From an uncultured Candidatus Saccharibacteria bacterium (GTDB lineage Bacteria; Patescibacteriota; Minisyncoccia; Phycocordibacterales; EsbW-18): a stretch of DNA of 48,378 nucleotides. A program made the position numbers and the translations under genes. Positions 17,724-26,167 of this stretch are shown in pieces. The notes beneath the pieces are model-generated. The model saw only the letters and a list, made by a program, of their open reading frames with translations, was not told where the DNA came from and did no database searches. Position 1 is the stretch's first letter. Each line of letters opens with the position of its first letter. The stretch is taken from positions 1 through 48,378 of the forward strand of contig CAZFMQ010000002.1 of the NCBI GenBank assembly GCA_964520295.1. The letters run 5' to 3'.

Positions 17724-18278
17724 ATGCATACATACATCATACTTCTGCGTGGTATCAATGTAGGCGGTAAAAATAAAGTGCCAATGGTGGCATTGAAAAC
17801 GTGTCTTGAAGCGCTCGGATTTTCTGGTGTGACCACATACATAGCCAGTGGCAATGCCATCGTGCAATCGCGCAAGAGTGCAAGTGTAGTAAAAAACCTC
17901 ATTGAGAAAAATCTTCCGAAATACTTTAAGCTTGATAGCGCGCTTATCAAAGTGTTGGTGCTGACGCGTGCACAATTACAAAATATCATCGCACACAAAC
18001 CAAAAGGATTTGGAGAACGACCAGCGATATATCACTATGATGTTATTTTTTTGATTGATATGTCGGTAGTGGAAGCATTCAAAGTATTTAGTCCTAAAGA
18101 GGGTGTAGATAGCATTTGGAAGGGGAAGGGGGTTATCTATTCGCAACGCCTGAGCGCAAAGCGTGCGCAAAGTCGGCTGGGAAAGATTGTGGGCACGAAA
18201 GCGTACGCATCTCTCACTATTCGCAATTGGAATACCACCACAAAATTATTGGAACGTATTTCAAGCATGGAACGATAG
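17724..18278 (+). CDS. DUF1697-family protein
   Basis: MHTYIILLRGINVGGKNKVPMVALKTCLEALGFSGVTTYIASGN matches the DUF1697 N-terminus. TATACT (17712-17717) lies 6 nt before the ATG. Confidence 0.8.
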   Translation: MHTYIILLRGINVGGKNKVPMVALKTCLEALGFSGVTTYIASGNAIVQSRKSASVVKNLIEKNLPKYFKLDSALIKVLVLTRAQLQNIIAHKPKGFGERPAIYHYDVIFLIDMSVVEAFKVFSPKEGVDSIWKGKGVIYSQRLSAKRAQSRLGKIVGTKAYASLTIRNWNTTTKLLERISSMER

Positions 18279-18280
18279 AT

Positions 18281-18607
18281 ATGAAAGACACCTCGTTCCA
18301 CGACTACGTGGTCTATGATTTGTTGGGGAGTTTTCCGAACATCTCAAGCAAGGCGATGTTCGGCGGTCACGGCGTGTACAGTGACGGTAAGATTTTTGCC
18401 ATCGTGGTGGATGGGGAATTGTACGTCAAAGGGTATCCAGCAACTGAGACCTTTTTTACTTCGCGTGGGAGCCACCAATTCACCTACAGCAAGGGTGATG
18501 GAAAAGCGTATGCCATGCGCTACTGGCATGTGCCCGAGGAGGTGTATGAAGATCGGGATACCTTTGAGGAGTGGGTGATGGTGGCAATTTCGGGCTCACA
18601 GGGCTAG
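18281..18607 (+). CDS. TfoX N-terminal-domain protein
   Basis: 108 aa. SSKAMFGGHGVYSDGKIFAIVVDGELYVK is the TfoX_N core motif. Confidence 0.8.
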   Translation: MKDTSFHDYVVYDLLGSFPNISSKAMFGGHGVYSDGKIFAIVVDGELYVKGYPATETFFTSRGSHQFTYSKGDGKAYAMRYWHVPEEVYEDRDTFEEWVMVAISGSQG

Positions 18608-18683
18608 TGGGGGTTTGTGGCGCCCCCCACGGTCGTAGGAGGCGCTTGTTTTTTGGTGGTTGGTCTGGTATAGTGTCGTCTAT

Positions 18684-18992
18684 ATGAAATTTGCAGTTGT
18701 AGAGAGCGGAGGCAAGCAATACCTTGTTTCTGACGACAAGTCAATAGTAACTGAGAAGCTTGCCGGCGAGGCGGGTGATTCTGTGGTATTTGATAAAGTT
18801 ATTCTTACTGATGATGGTTCTAAAACAGAACTCGGTGCTCCATATCTTGCGGGCAAAAAAATTGAAGCAGAGGTTGCTGAACAAGGACGTGGCAAGAAAG
18901 TGCTTGTCGTGAAGTACTTGCAGAAGAGTCGTTACCACAAGAAGCGTGGTCACCGTCAGCCATTCACGAAGGCAACGATCAAGAAAGTATAA
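18684..18992 (+). CDS. rplU: 50S ribosomal protein L21
   Basis: MKFAVVESGGKQYLV...KKRGHRQPFT. Extended -10 TGGTATAGT lies just upstream. Confidence 0.92.
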   Translation: MKFAVVESGGKQYLVSDDKSIVTEKLAGEAGDSVVFDKVILTDDGSKTELGAPYLAGKKIEAEVAEQGRGKKVLVVKYLQKSRYHKKRGHRQPFTKATIKKV

Positions 18993-19015
18993 GCAGGAAC
19001 GGGGAGATATAAAAG

Positions 19016-19048
19016 AAACCGAAACACTACTGATGTTTCGGTTTTTTT
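19016..19048 (+). terminator. Rho-independent terminator after rplU
   Basis: AAACCGAAACA / TGTTTCGGTTT stem followed by a T-run. Confidence 0.7.
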
Positions 19049-19064
19049 AACTGTATCTTTCAAC

Positions 19065-19670
19065 TTACCGCCTATTTTCCAACGCGTTTTTGATGGTGTC
19101 GGCGTCGGAGTATTCCAGCTCGGTGCCGGTGGAGAGGCCGCGCCCAAGCTCTGATATACGAATGGCACGTTTTTCTGCCAGCGGTGCTAGTAACGTGCGA
19201 ACATGCTGTGCCGTCATTTCACCTTCAGGGTGCGCGCCGGTGGCGATGATGATTTCAGTAATTTCTGTGTTGCGGTCCAAGTGCTGTTGTAATTCTTTTG
19301 TTCGTAGGGGACTTGCCTGTGTCTGGAGCAGTGGGAGCGTGCCACCGAGCACAAAATAACGACCCGTGTATGCACCACTACGCTCAATGGCTTCCATATC
19401 GCTATCTTTTTCTACTAAGACGAGTTGGTGTGCATCACGATTGGGTGATGAGCAAATGTCGCACACATCAGCATAGCCATCTGCGTCATAGTACCGAAAA
19501 CAATTTTTGCACTGCACGACGGCACTGCGGAGCTCAGTGATGCGTTTGGCGATGTCATCTAAAAATGGTTTATCCTGCGACAACAAAAAATGTACAAAAC
19601 GTTTTGCTTGACGTGGTCCGATACCAGGAAACTTTTGAAAATACTCTGCGAGTTTTGTAATAGCGTTCAT
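19065..19670 (-). CDS. recR: Recombination protein RecR
   Basis: FPGIGPRQAKR HhH, zinc finger CKNC...CDIC, and a Toprim region. Confidence 0.93.
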   Translation of the reverse strand: MNAITKLAEYFQKFPGIGPRQAKRFVHFLLSQDKPFLDDIAKRITELRSAVVQCKNCFRYYDADGYADVCDICSSPNRDAHQLVLVEKDSDMEAIERSGAYTGRYFVLGGTLPLLQTQASPLRTKELQQHLDRNTEITEIIIATGAHPEGEMTAQHVRTLLAPLAEKRAIRISELGRGLSTGTELEYSDADTIKNALENRR

Positions 19671-19685
19671 GTGCCAATTCTACCA

Positions 19686-21101
19686 CTAGAAAATATCGTC
19701 AGCGCCTCCTTCGGCACCCATTTTTTCAAATTGCTCAATACCATGACGTTCAATAGAGCGGAAGGTTGTTTTGTTGCTATCAAAGTACAATTCAACAGTA
19801 CCCGTTGGACCGTTACGGTGCTTTGCGATAATGAGTTCCACCACACTTGAGCGTTCAGCACCTTCTTTGTAGCGATCTTCGTTGTGAATAAAGAGTACCA
19901 AGTCGGCATCTTGTTCAATAGAACCAGAATCACGCAAGTCAGAGAGTTGTGGGCGGCCACGGCGTTGCTCAATGGCACGAGAGAGCTGTGAGAGGGCAAT
20001 GACGGGCACATCAATTTCACGTGCGAGCTGTTTAAGTGAGCGAGAGATTTCAGTAACCTGTTGCACCATGTTGTCGGGTCGGTTTTTGCCCGCAGGCACC
20101 ATGAGCTGGAGGTAGTCCACAATAATCATGTCCAATGCCTTCTCGCTCTTGAGGCGACGCGCTACAGAGCGCATTTTGAGAATGTTGTTGCCCGGTTGAT
20201 CATCAATATAGATTTTTGCTTGTGAAAGACGGTTGGTGGCTTCATTGATACGATCAAATTCTTCGTCGGTAGAGAGCTTGCCGGTACGTAAACGCCATGC
20301 ATCCACCTGTGCTTCTGCCGCGAGCATGCGGTCCACCAACTGCTGTGCGGACATTTCTAGAGAGAAAATACCAACAGATGTGCCGTGACGAATTGCTGAA
20401 TGGCGTGCGACATCAAGTGCAAGCGATGTTTTACCCATAGAAGGACGTGCAGCCAGAATGATAAGGTCTGATGGTTGGAAGCCCGCGAGTTTGTGATCTA
20501 ATTCTTGAAAGCCGGTTGGCACACCACGCAGGGAACCAGATGTTTTTGAAAGTTTGTCCAAACGCTCAACTGCATCACCAAGCACTTCAGAAAGCACAAT
20601 AAATTTTTGATTAGTTGGTGCTGATGTAATTTCGTACACTTTTTTTTCTGCTTGATCCAAGAGTTCATCTAGTTCTTGATCTTCAGCAAAGCCGAGTTCC
20701 GTGATGTGATGTGCCGCTTCAATGAGTTGGCGCATGGTGTATTTCTTTTGCACGATTTCCGCGTAGTGCTTTGCGTTCATGGACGATGGCACGGTATCCA
20801 CCAATGAAGTGAGGTATGCCATACCACCGATGCTTTCAAGTTCTTTGCGTTCTTTGAGGCGAGAGGAAAGCGAGACGAGGTCAATGGCTTCGCCTTTCTT
20901 GAAGAGATCAAACATGCCCGCGAAAATTGTTCTGTGTTTGTGCGCGTAAAAACTATCATGTGTGATGATGTCTACCACTTCATGAATGGCTTCAGGACGT
21001 AAGAGCACAGAACCAAGGAGCGCTTTTTCTGCCTCAACATCTTGTGGAGGCGTACGAACAGGATGTGGGTTTTTTGGTGCCGCGTTCATAGATATGCGCA
21101 T
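19686..21101 (-). CDS. dnaB: Replicative DNA helicase DnaB
   Basis: PPQDVEAEKALLGSVLL N-terminus, Walker A ARPSMGKTS, DYLQLM, and a RecA-like C-terminal domain. Alternative start at 21089. Confidence 0.93.
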   Translation of the reverse strand: MRISMNAAPKNPHPVRTPPQDVEAEKALLGSVLLRPEAIHEVVDIITHDSFYAHKHRTIFAGMFDLFKKGEAIDLVSLSSRLKERKELESIGGMAYLTSLVDTVPSSMNAKHYAEIVQKKYTMRQLIEAAHHITELGFAEDQELDELLDQAEKKVYEITSAPTNQKFIVLSEVLGDAVERLDKLSKTSGSLRGVPTGFQELDHKLAGFQPSDLIILAARPSMGKTSLALDVARHSAIRHGTSVGIFSLEMSAQQLVDRMLAAEAQVDAWRLRTGKLSTDEEFDRINEATNRLSQAKIYIDDQPGNNILKMRSVARRLKSEKALDMIIVDYLQLMVPAGKNRPDNMVQQVTEISRSLKQLAREIDVPVIALSQLSRAIEQRRGRPQLSDLRDSGSIEQDADLVLFIHNEDRYKEGAERSSVVELIIAKHRNGPTGTVELYFDSNKTTFRSIERHGIEQFEKMGAEGGADDIF

Positions 21102-21223
21102 AGTACCATGTACAGCGTGCGAGGTGCATCTTGCTGAAAGTGGAGTGCCTGTGTGTGGGGTGGGGAAAAGTAGGCACGCCCGCCTGCTCGCGCAGGCGGG
21201 GTACAGGGAACAGGAAAGGGATA

Positions 21224-21253
21224 TTGACAGGTGAGTAAAAAATCATGTATAAC
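21224..21253 (+). promoter_or_regulatory. Candidate promoter
   Basis: TTGACA (21224-21229), 18-nt spacer, TATAAC (21248-21253). Confidence 0.45.
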
Positions 21254-21297
21254 TGTCGCAGATGCAAGGGCACTGGAACCCTTGGAAAGGAGCAAAA

Positions 21298-21639
21298 ATG
21301 AAGGAGTGGGAAGCAAGGTTCAGGAGAAATCAACTCCTGAAATCTGTTCTGAGTGTGCTGGTGACGGTACCAGCCACCATGTTTTTGATGCATGTGGTGT
21401 GGGGTGTCTCATGGAAATCGGGCAATCTTTTCCATGTGGTGTCCATTGTTGGCGCCTGTGTGGCGGTAGCACTATATTCTACCCTTGTAGCAATGCACCA
21501 CTGCCAACGGTGTGGTAGTTGGTTCACTCGCGTGGAAACGAAGAAGTACCCTCCGTCTTTCGGAAACGGAGGGTACTCTCGCAAAACCACCACCACATGC
21601 CTGCGTTGCGGGCATGAGGTCAGAGAGTGGCAGCAGTAA
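21298..21639 (+). CDS. Small membrane protein with C-terminal zinc-ribbon (2 TM + CxxC...CxxC), unknown function
   Basis: GGAAAGGAG SD before ATG 21298. TM segments SVLSVLVTVPATMFLMHVVWGV and VVSIVGACVAVALYSTLVAM. CQRC...CLRC. Confidence 0.6.
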   Translation: MKEWEARFRRNQLLKSVLSVLVTVPATMFLMHVVWGVSWKSGNLFHVVSIVGACVAVALYSTLVAMHHCQRCGSWFTRVETKKYPPSFGNGGYSRKTTTTCLRCGHEVREWQQ

Positions 21640-21660
21640 TGCTCACGTCTCTCAAACATC

Positions 21661-21696
21661 GCCGACAGAACGAATGTTCTGTCGGCTTTTCTTTTT
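21661..21696 (+). terminator. Rho-independent terminator
   Basis: GCCGACAGAAC-GAAT-GTTCTGTCGGC followed by TTTTCTTTTT. Confidence 0.65.
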
Positions 21697-21744
21697 AATA
21701 AAGGCCCGAAGCGCCAACGGCGTGCTTCGAGCCCAGAAAGCAGA

Positions 21745-23115
21745 TTACTTTTTTGAAAGTTTTTGACCTTCGGGAGTATCTTTGACTTCAAATCCTGCCG
21801 CTTCAATCTCTTGGCGTAACGTGTCTGCCATATCCCAGTGTTTTGCGTCGCGCGCGAGTTCGCGGCGATGCATAAGTGCCTGCACGTCATCGGGAATAGT
21901 GAGTGTTTCGGTTTCTTCAAGTTTCAATCCAAGTACCGCATCCCACGCTATGATGGTGGCATATGTGTCTGCATCGCGTACTTCATCGTCTTTTAGTAAT
22001 TCCCAAATGTAGGAGAGTGCTTGTGGTGTGTTGAGATCGTCATCAAGAGCAGCACGGAACTCTGCATCATACGCAACATCAACTACGCCACCTGTGTGCT
22101 CGGCGAGCTCAGTGATACGCGCGCGCAGTTTTTCATACGCGGTCTGCGCGCCCGTAAGCGCCTCCCATGTGAAATTCACCGCTGAACGATAGTGCGCCGT
22201 CAGAGCCCAGTAGCGAAATGCTAACGGTGCAATACCGCGTGCAACGAGGTCGGGAAGTGTGATGCCGTTGCCAAATGATTTGCTGATTTTTTCATCAGCA
22301 ATAGTGAGGAAATTATTGTGTACCCAAAATCGTGAAAATGGTTTGCCGGTGGCGTTTTCTGATTGGGCGATTTCGTTATTGTGGTGCACGGAGATGTGAT
22401 CAATACCACCGGTGTGAATATCCAATGTCTCGCCTAAGTACTTCATTGCCATTGCAGAGCACTCAAGGTGCCATCCAGGGAACCCTTTGCCCCACGGACT
22501 TTCCCAACCGAGCGCATCGTTGAACTTCCACAACGCAAAATCGCGCGCATTCTTTTTCTCTGGGTTTTCTTCAACGCGCGCGTGCGTATCGCCAGTTGCT
22601 AGTCCTCCTAAACGGCCATAGGCACTATCGCGCTGTGTATCAAAATACAATCCATCAGACGTGCGGTACACAAAACCTTTTTGCTCCAACGTAGTAATCA
22701 GCGCAATTTGCTCACTGATGTGTTCAGACGCGCGTGGCATCATCGTTGGATGCAAAATGTTGAGTGTCGCAATGTCTTCTTCAAATGCGCGTGTATAGCG
22801 ATCAGCAAGCTCGCGCATACCATCGAGTGACACCGGCAGTCCTTCGCGTTGTAGGCCTCTGCTCATTTTATCTTCACCAGAGTCACCATCGGATGTGAGG
22901 TGTCCTACGTCCGTGATGTTCATGACCTGCTGGACGGTGAGTTTTTCGTACTGCAACACACGGCGTAGCGTGTCTACAAAAATATATGCACGGAGGTTGC
23001 CAATATGCACGCGATCGTAGACGGTCGGCCCACAGTTGTACATGCGCACGGTGGTGCCATCGACAGGGGAGAAGGGTTCTTGCTGACGGGTGAGTGTGTT
23101 GTAGAGAGATAGCAT
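21745..23115 (-). CDS. cysS: Cysteine--tRNA ligase
   Basis: CGPTVYDRVHIGNLR (HIGH) and KISKS (KMSKS-type); 456 aa. Confidence 0.95.
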   Translation of the reverse strand: MLSLYNTLTRQQEPFSPVDGTTVRMYNCGPTVYDRVHIGNLRAYIFVDTLRRVLQYEKLTVQQVMNITDVGHLTSDGDSGEDKMSRGLQREGLPVSLDGMRELADRYTRAFEEDIATLNILHPTMMPRASEHISEQIALITTLEQKGFVYRTSDGLYFDTQRDSAYGRLGGLATGDTHARVEENPEKKNARDFALWKFNDALGWESPWGKGFPGWHLECSAMAMKYLGETLDIHTGGIDHISVHHNNEIAQSENATGKPFSRFWVHNNFLTIADEKISKSFGNGITLPDLVARGIAPLAFRYWALTAHYRSAVNFTWEALTGAQTAYEKLRARITELAEHTGGVVDVAYDAEFRAALDDDLNTPQALSYIWELLKDDEVRDADTYATIIAWDAVLGLKLEETETLTIPDDVQALMHRRELARDAKHWDMADTLRQEIEAAGFEVKDTPEGQKLSKK

Positions 23116-23166
23116 AGTCGTTATTCCTTGCTGTTCTATTCTACTCTATGCGATACTGATTTGGCT

Positions 23167-24366
23167 ATGCATGATGCATTAAAACGATGTGGGTATCTTG
23201 TACTCGGCGCACTCTTGTTTTGCGTCGGTTTTTATACGGGACAGGGTTCTGTAGACCCGGTAACGGTGGCAACAGGCGCGACAAACATTGATACACCCGC
23301 CGATGTTGATGCTGATTTCTCTGATTTTTGGAAAGCGTGGAACATCATCAACGAGCGTTACTATGAAGTAGGTTCCGTTTCATCACAGGAAAAAGTATGG
23401 GGCGCGATTTCTGGATTGCTCGGATCGTTGGATGATCCATACTCTGTTTTCCTTCCTCCCCAAGACACCCAGTTTTTCAATGACATGATCGCGGGTAGTT
23501 TTGGTGGTGTGGGTATGGAGATTGGTAAACGTAATGGTGTGATTACCGTTATCACGCCACTAAAAAGTACGCCTGCAGAACGCGCAGGTATTCGCGCGGG
23601 TGATGTGGTGGTCAAAATTGATGGAGAGCTGACGACTGATTTTTCTGTGGACGAAGCGGTATTGCGCATTCGTGGTGACATCGGCACGAAAGTTGAATTG
23701 ACGATTGCACGAGAAGGGGAGAGTGACTTTCTAGATGTGCCAATCGTGCGTGAAGAAATTGCAATTCCTACGCTAGACACGGAGATTCGCGACGGCGTGT
23801 TTATTCTGTCGCTGTACAATTTTGATGGGCAATCGGCATCGCGTGTGCGTGGCGCACTTCGTGAGTTTGCACAGTCAGGTACGAATAAAATGGTGTTGGA
23901 TTTGCGTGGTAACCCAGGAGGTATTCTTGGTGCTGCCGTTGCTATTGCAGGATACTTTTTACCTGAAGGTGTGGTGGTGGTATCAGAGCGTTCAGAGCAG
24001 GGAAGTGAAGAGCACGAGTATCGCAGTTCAGGACGCACACTCGTCTCCCCTGATGCCGACGTCGTGGTGCTTGTGGACAAAGGTTCTGCATCTGCATCAG
24101 AAATTTTGGCGGGTGCGCTTCAAGAGCACAAGCGCGCACAGTTAGTGGGTGAGACCACGTATGGAAAAGGGTCAGTACAAGAGCTTATACCCGTCACTGG
24201 CGATACTTCTATCAAACTCACCATTGGTAAATGGTTTACACCGGATGGTCGCTCAATTTCAGATGGTGGTTTGGAGCCAGATGTGGCTGTCGCACAGGAT
24301 TCTGATGCTCCGGAAGGGGTGGATACCCAGCTGGAAAAGGCGATTGAGATTCTCCTTGGAAGGTAG
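23167..24366 (+). CDS. S41-family C-terminal processing peptidase with PDZ domain
   Basis: A PDZ region (GGVGMEIG...RAGIRAGDVVVKIDG), then LDLRGNPGG, GSASASEILAGAL and TYGKGSVQ. ATG 23167 is preferred over the TTG at 23128. Confidence 0.88.
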   Translation: MHDALKRCGYLVLGALLFCVGFYTGQGSVDPVTVATGATNIDTPADVDADFSDFWKAWNIINERYYEVGSVSSQEKVWGAISGLLGSLDDPYSVFLPPQDTQFFNDMIAGSFGGVGMEIGKRNGVITVITPLKSTPAERAGIRAGDVVVKIDGELTTDFSVDEAVLRIRGDIGTKVELTIAREGESDFLDVPIVREEIAIPTLDTEIRDGVFILSLYNFDGQSASRVRGALREFAQSGTNKMVLDLRGNPGGILGAAVAIAGYFLPEGVVVVSERSEQGSEEHEYRSSGRTLVSPDADVVVLVDKGSASASEILAGALQEHKRAQLVGETTYGKGSVQELIPVTGDTSIKLTIGKWFTPDGRSISDGGLEPDVAVAQDSDAPEGVDTQLEKAIEILLGR

Positions 24367-24379
24367 TACTATGTAGCCC

Positions 24380-24826
24380 ATGGAGGTTATATTACTGAAA
24401 GACGTTGCAAAGGTGGGGAAGCGGTACGATATCGTCACGGTATCGGACGGTTTTGCATTGAACTGCCTTATTCCAAAAGGATCGGCACAAGCGGCAACGC
24501 CCGCAGCACGCGCAAAGATTCAAGCATTGAAGACACAGGCATCGGCACAAAAAGAAGCACTTGATGCAGAGCTTGCAAAGAGTGTTGCGCAACTAGATGG
24601 CAAGAGCATTACCATGAAAGAAAAGGCGAACGAGCAAGGTGGATTGTTTGGCTCGTTGCATCCAGAACGCATTGCATCTGCAGTGTACGATCAGCTTGGC
24701 GTTACCATCACTCCTGATCAGATACACAGTGATGAGCCAATCAAAACATTGGGTACAACATCTATCACCATTGGTAGTGGTGCACATACAGGTACACTCA
24801 CATTGACGGTTGAAGAGATGAAATAA
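24380..24826 (+). CDS. rplI: 50S ribosomal protein L9
   Basis: MEVILLKDVAKVGKRYDIVTVSDGFALNCLIPKG. TACTAT (24367-24372) lies 7 nt before the ATG. Confidence 0.92.
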   Translation: MEVILLKDVAKVGKRYDIVTVSDGFALNCLIPKGSAQAATPAARAKIQALKTQASAQKEALDAELAKSVAQLDGKSITMKEKANEQGGLFGSLHPERIASAVYDQLGVTITPDQIHSDEPIKTLGTTSITIGSGAHTGTLTLTVEEMK

Positions 24827-24903
24827 TTTTTTAGAATACGTTTTATATCCGCCCCGTTTAGGACGTTCTGAGCAAGGCGCAAGCATGACTCGGGCGTGCA
24901 TTC

Positions 24904-24935
24904 AAAAAAAGACCCCTTTGATGGGGTCTTTTTTT
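24904..24935. terminator. Bidirectional-looking terminator hairpin
   Basis: A7-GACCCC-TTTGAT-GGGGTC-T7. Confidence 0.65.
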
Positions 24936-25042
24936 GAAAATAGGTGGAGGGGCGGCGCGAGGGGCTTAGTACCCTCGTTCCCCTCATTACTCAACTCGGT
25001 TTTGCAACCGATGATTAGCCCGTCGGCATTGGTGAGGAAATT

Positions 25043-25080
25043 AAAATCCCCTCGGCATGGCCATGCCGAGGGGATTTTAT
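25043..25080. terminator. Terminator hairpin downstream of rpmA (palindromic, usable on both strands)
   Basis: ATCCCCTCGGCATGG/CCATGCCGAGGGGAT, a 30-nt palindrome flanked by an A-run and a T-run. Confidence 0.7.
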
Positions 25081-25087
25081 CAGGATT

Positions 25088-25363
25088 TTATCCTACAACG
25101 TTTACAATTTTCTGACGGGAAGTTTTTCCGTTGAATGCAACTGAACGCTTCTCGCCGAACTTGACGGTACCGTCGGCAACGGCGTAGACCGTGTGATCTT
25201 TGCCCATGCGTGTGTTCTTGCCCGCTTCAATGCGTGTACCACGCTGGCGTACAATAATTGCACCTGGCTTTGCCTTCTGTCCGTCTGCGATTTTTACACC
25301 CAAATACTTTGGTTTTGAATCGCGTAGGTTTTTCGCTGTTCCTCCAGCTTTTCGATGTGCCAT
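25088..25363 (-). CDS. rpmA: 50S ribosomal protein L27
   Basis: [24 protein letters not shown]... Confidence 0.95.
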   Translation of the reverse strand: MAHRKAGGTAKNLRDSKPKYLGVKIADGQKAKPGAIIVRQRGTRIEAGKNTRMGKDHTVYAVADGTVKFGEKRSVAFNGKTSRQKIVNVVG

Positions 25364-25765
25364 ATGTCGTTACTATTAGAAAAAGTCCTGAGCAGTATAC
25401 AGGTTTTTTGGCTTCAGCACAAGCCCCGCGCTTCCGTGTTCCTGCGAGACGCCGCGGTGCTCATCGTGGCTCTTTTGGGGTGTCTGAGCTCGTTTTGGAC
25501 GGGTCGGATTATACAGAATAGGGAAGAGACACAACCGCTACTCTTACAGCTTCCAGAAGCTCCTAAAATGACCTCAGAGAGCCAAAGATCCTCCCCTCCT
25601 AGGCAAATCAGGGAAGGGGGTGTTGTGGCCTCTCTAAACGGCACCAAGTACCACCACCCCTGGTGCCCCGGGGCATTGCAAATAAAAGAGGAGAACAAGA
25701 TATGGTATGCCACTGAGCAAGATGCACAAGCATCAGGCCTCACGAAAGCAAAGAACTGTCAATAA
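25364..25765 (+). CDS. Membrane-anchored protein with C-terminal small Cys-containing domain (KYH-x-x-x-C ... C; 'sunset'/Ada-Zn-like)
   Basis: [19 protein letters not shown]-terminus [40 protein letters not shown]. The start is uncertain: ATG 25364 abuts the rpmA start codon. Confidence 0.55.
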   Translation: MSLLLEKVLSSIQVFWLQHKPRASVFLRDAAVLIVALLGCLSSFWTGRIIQNREETQPLLLQLPEAPKMTSESQRSSPPRQIREGGVVASLNGTKYHHPWCPGALQIKEENKIWYATEQDAQASGLTKAKNCQ

Positions 25766-25879
25766 TCCCTTTAGAGGGTATATGGCCTTTGCGAATATAG
25801 TAATGTCGCACAATGTATCTTTGACGACACTCAGTATACACAAAAAGGTGCATCTTTAACTATACACAAACACCGGCCT

Positions 25880-26149
25880 CTATGCCGGTGTTGTTTCAAT
25901 TCCTAATCCACGCAGTAATAATTCCCACAAGAATCGTATGATGTGTTCCCATATCCAATGCGCTGGTTCACTTAAAAATGAATTCCAAATTTCGCGTGCC
26001 GTATTCCATAAGAACTCTAGATTTTCACGTACGATTGGAGATGCCAGTATATCCGTCAACTTGATACCAAAGTAGCCAAGCGCGATGACTGCAATAACAA
26101 TGATAAGAATAATCTGTAAGAAACCGCCTGTGGTTGTCTTAGAGTACAT
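25880..26149 (-). CDS. Small membrane protein, unknown function
   Basis: 89-aa ORF directly downstream of the M23 peptidase gene. TM FLQIILIIVIAVIALGYFGI; Trp-rich C-terminal half. Confidence 0.5.
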   Translation of the reverse strand: MYSKTTTGGFLQIILIIVIAVIALGYFGIKLTDILASPIVRENLEFLWNTAREIWNSFLSEPAHWIWEHIIRFLWELLLRGLGIETTPA

Positions 26150-26167
26150 AGGAATATAGTAGCATAT

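Noticed and set aside
24885-25115. 76-aa ORF in the rplI-rpmA gap
   Set aside because: It crosses two terminator hairpins and the 3' end of rpmA; its composition is dictated by the palindromes.
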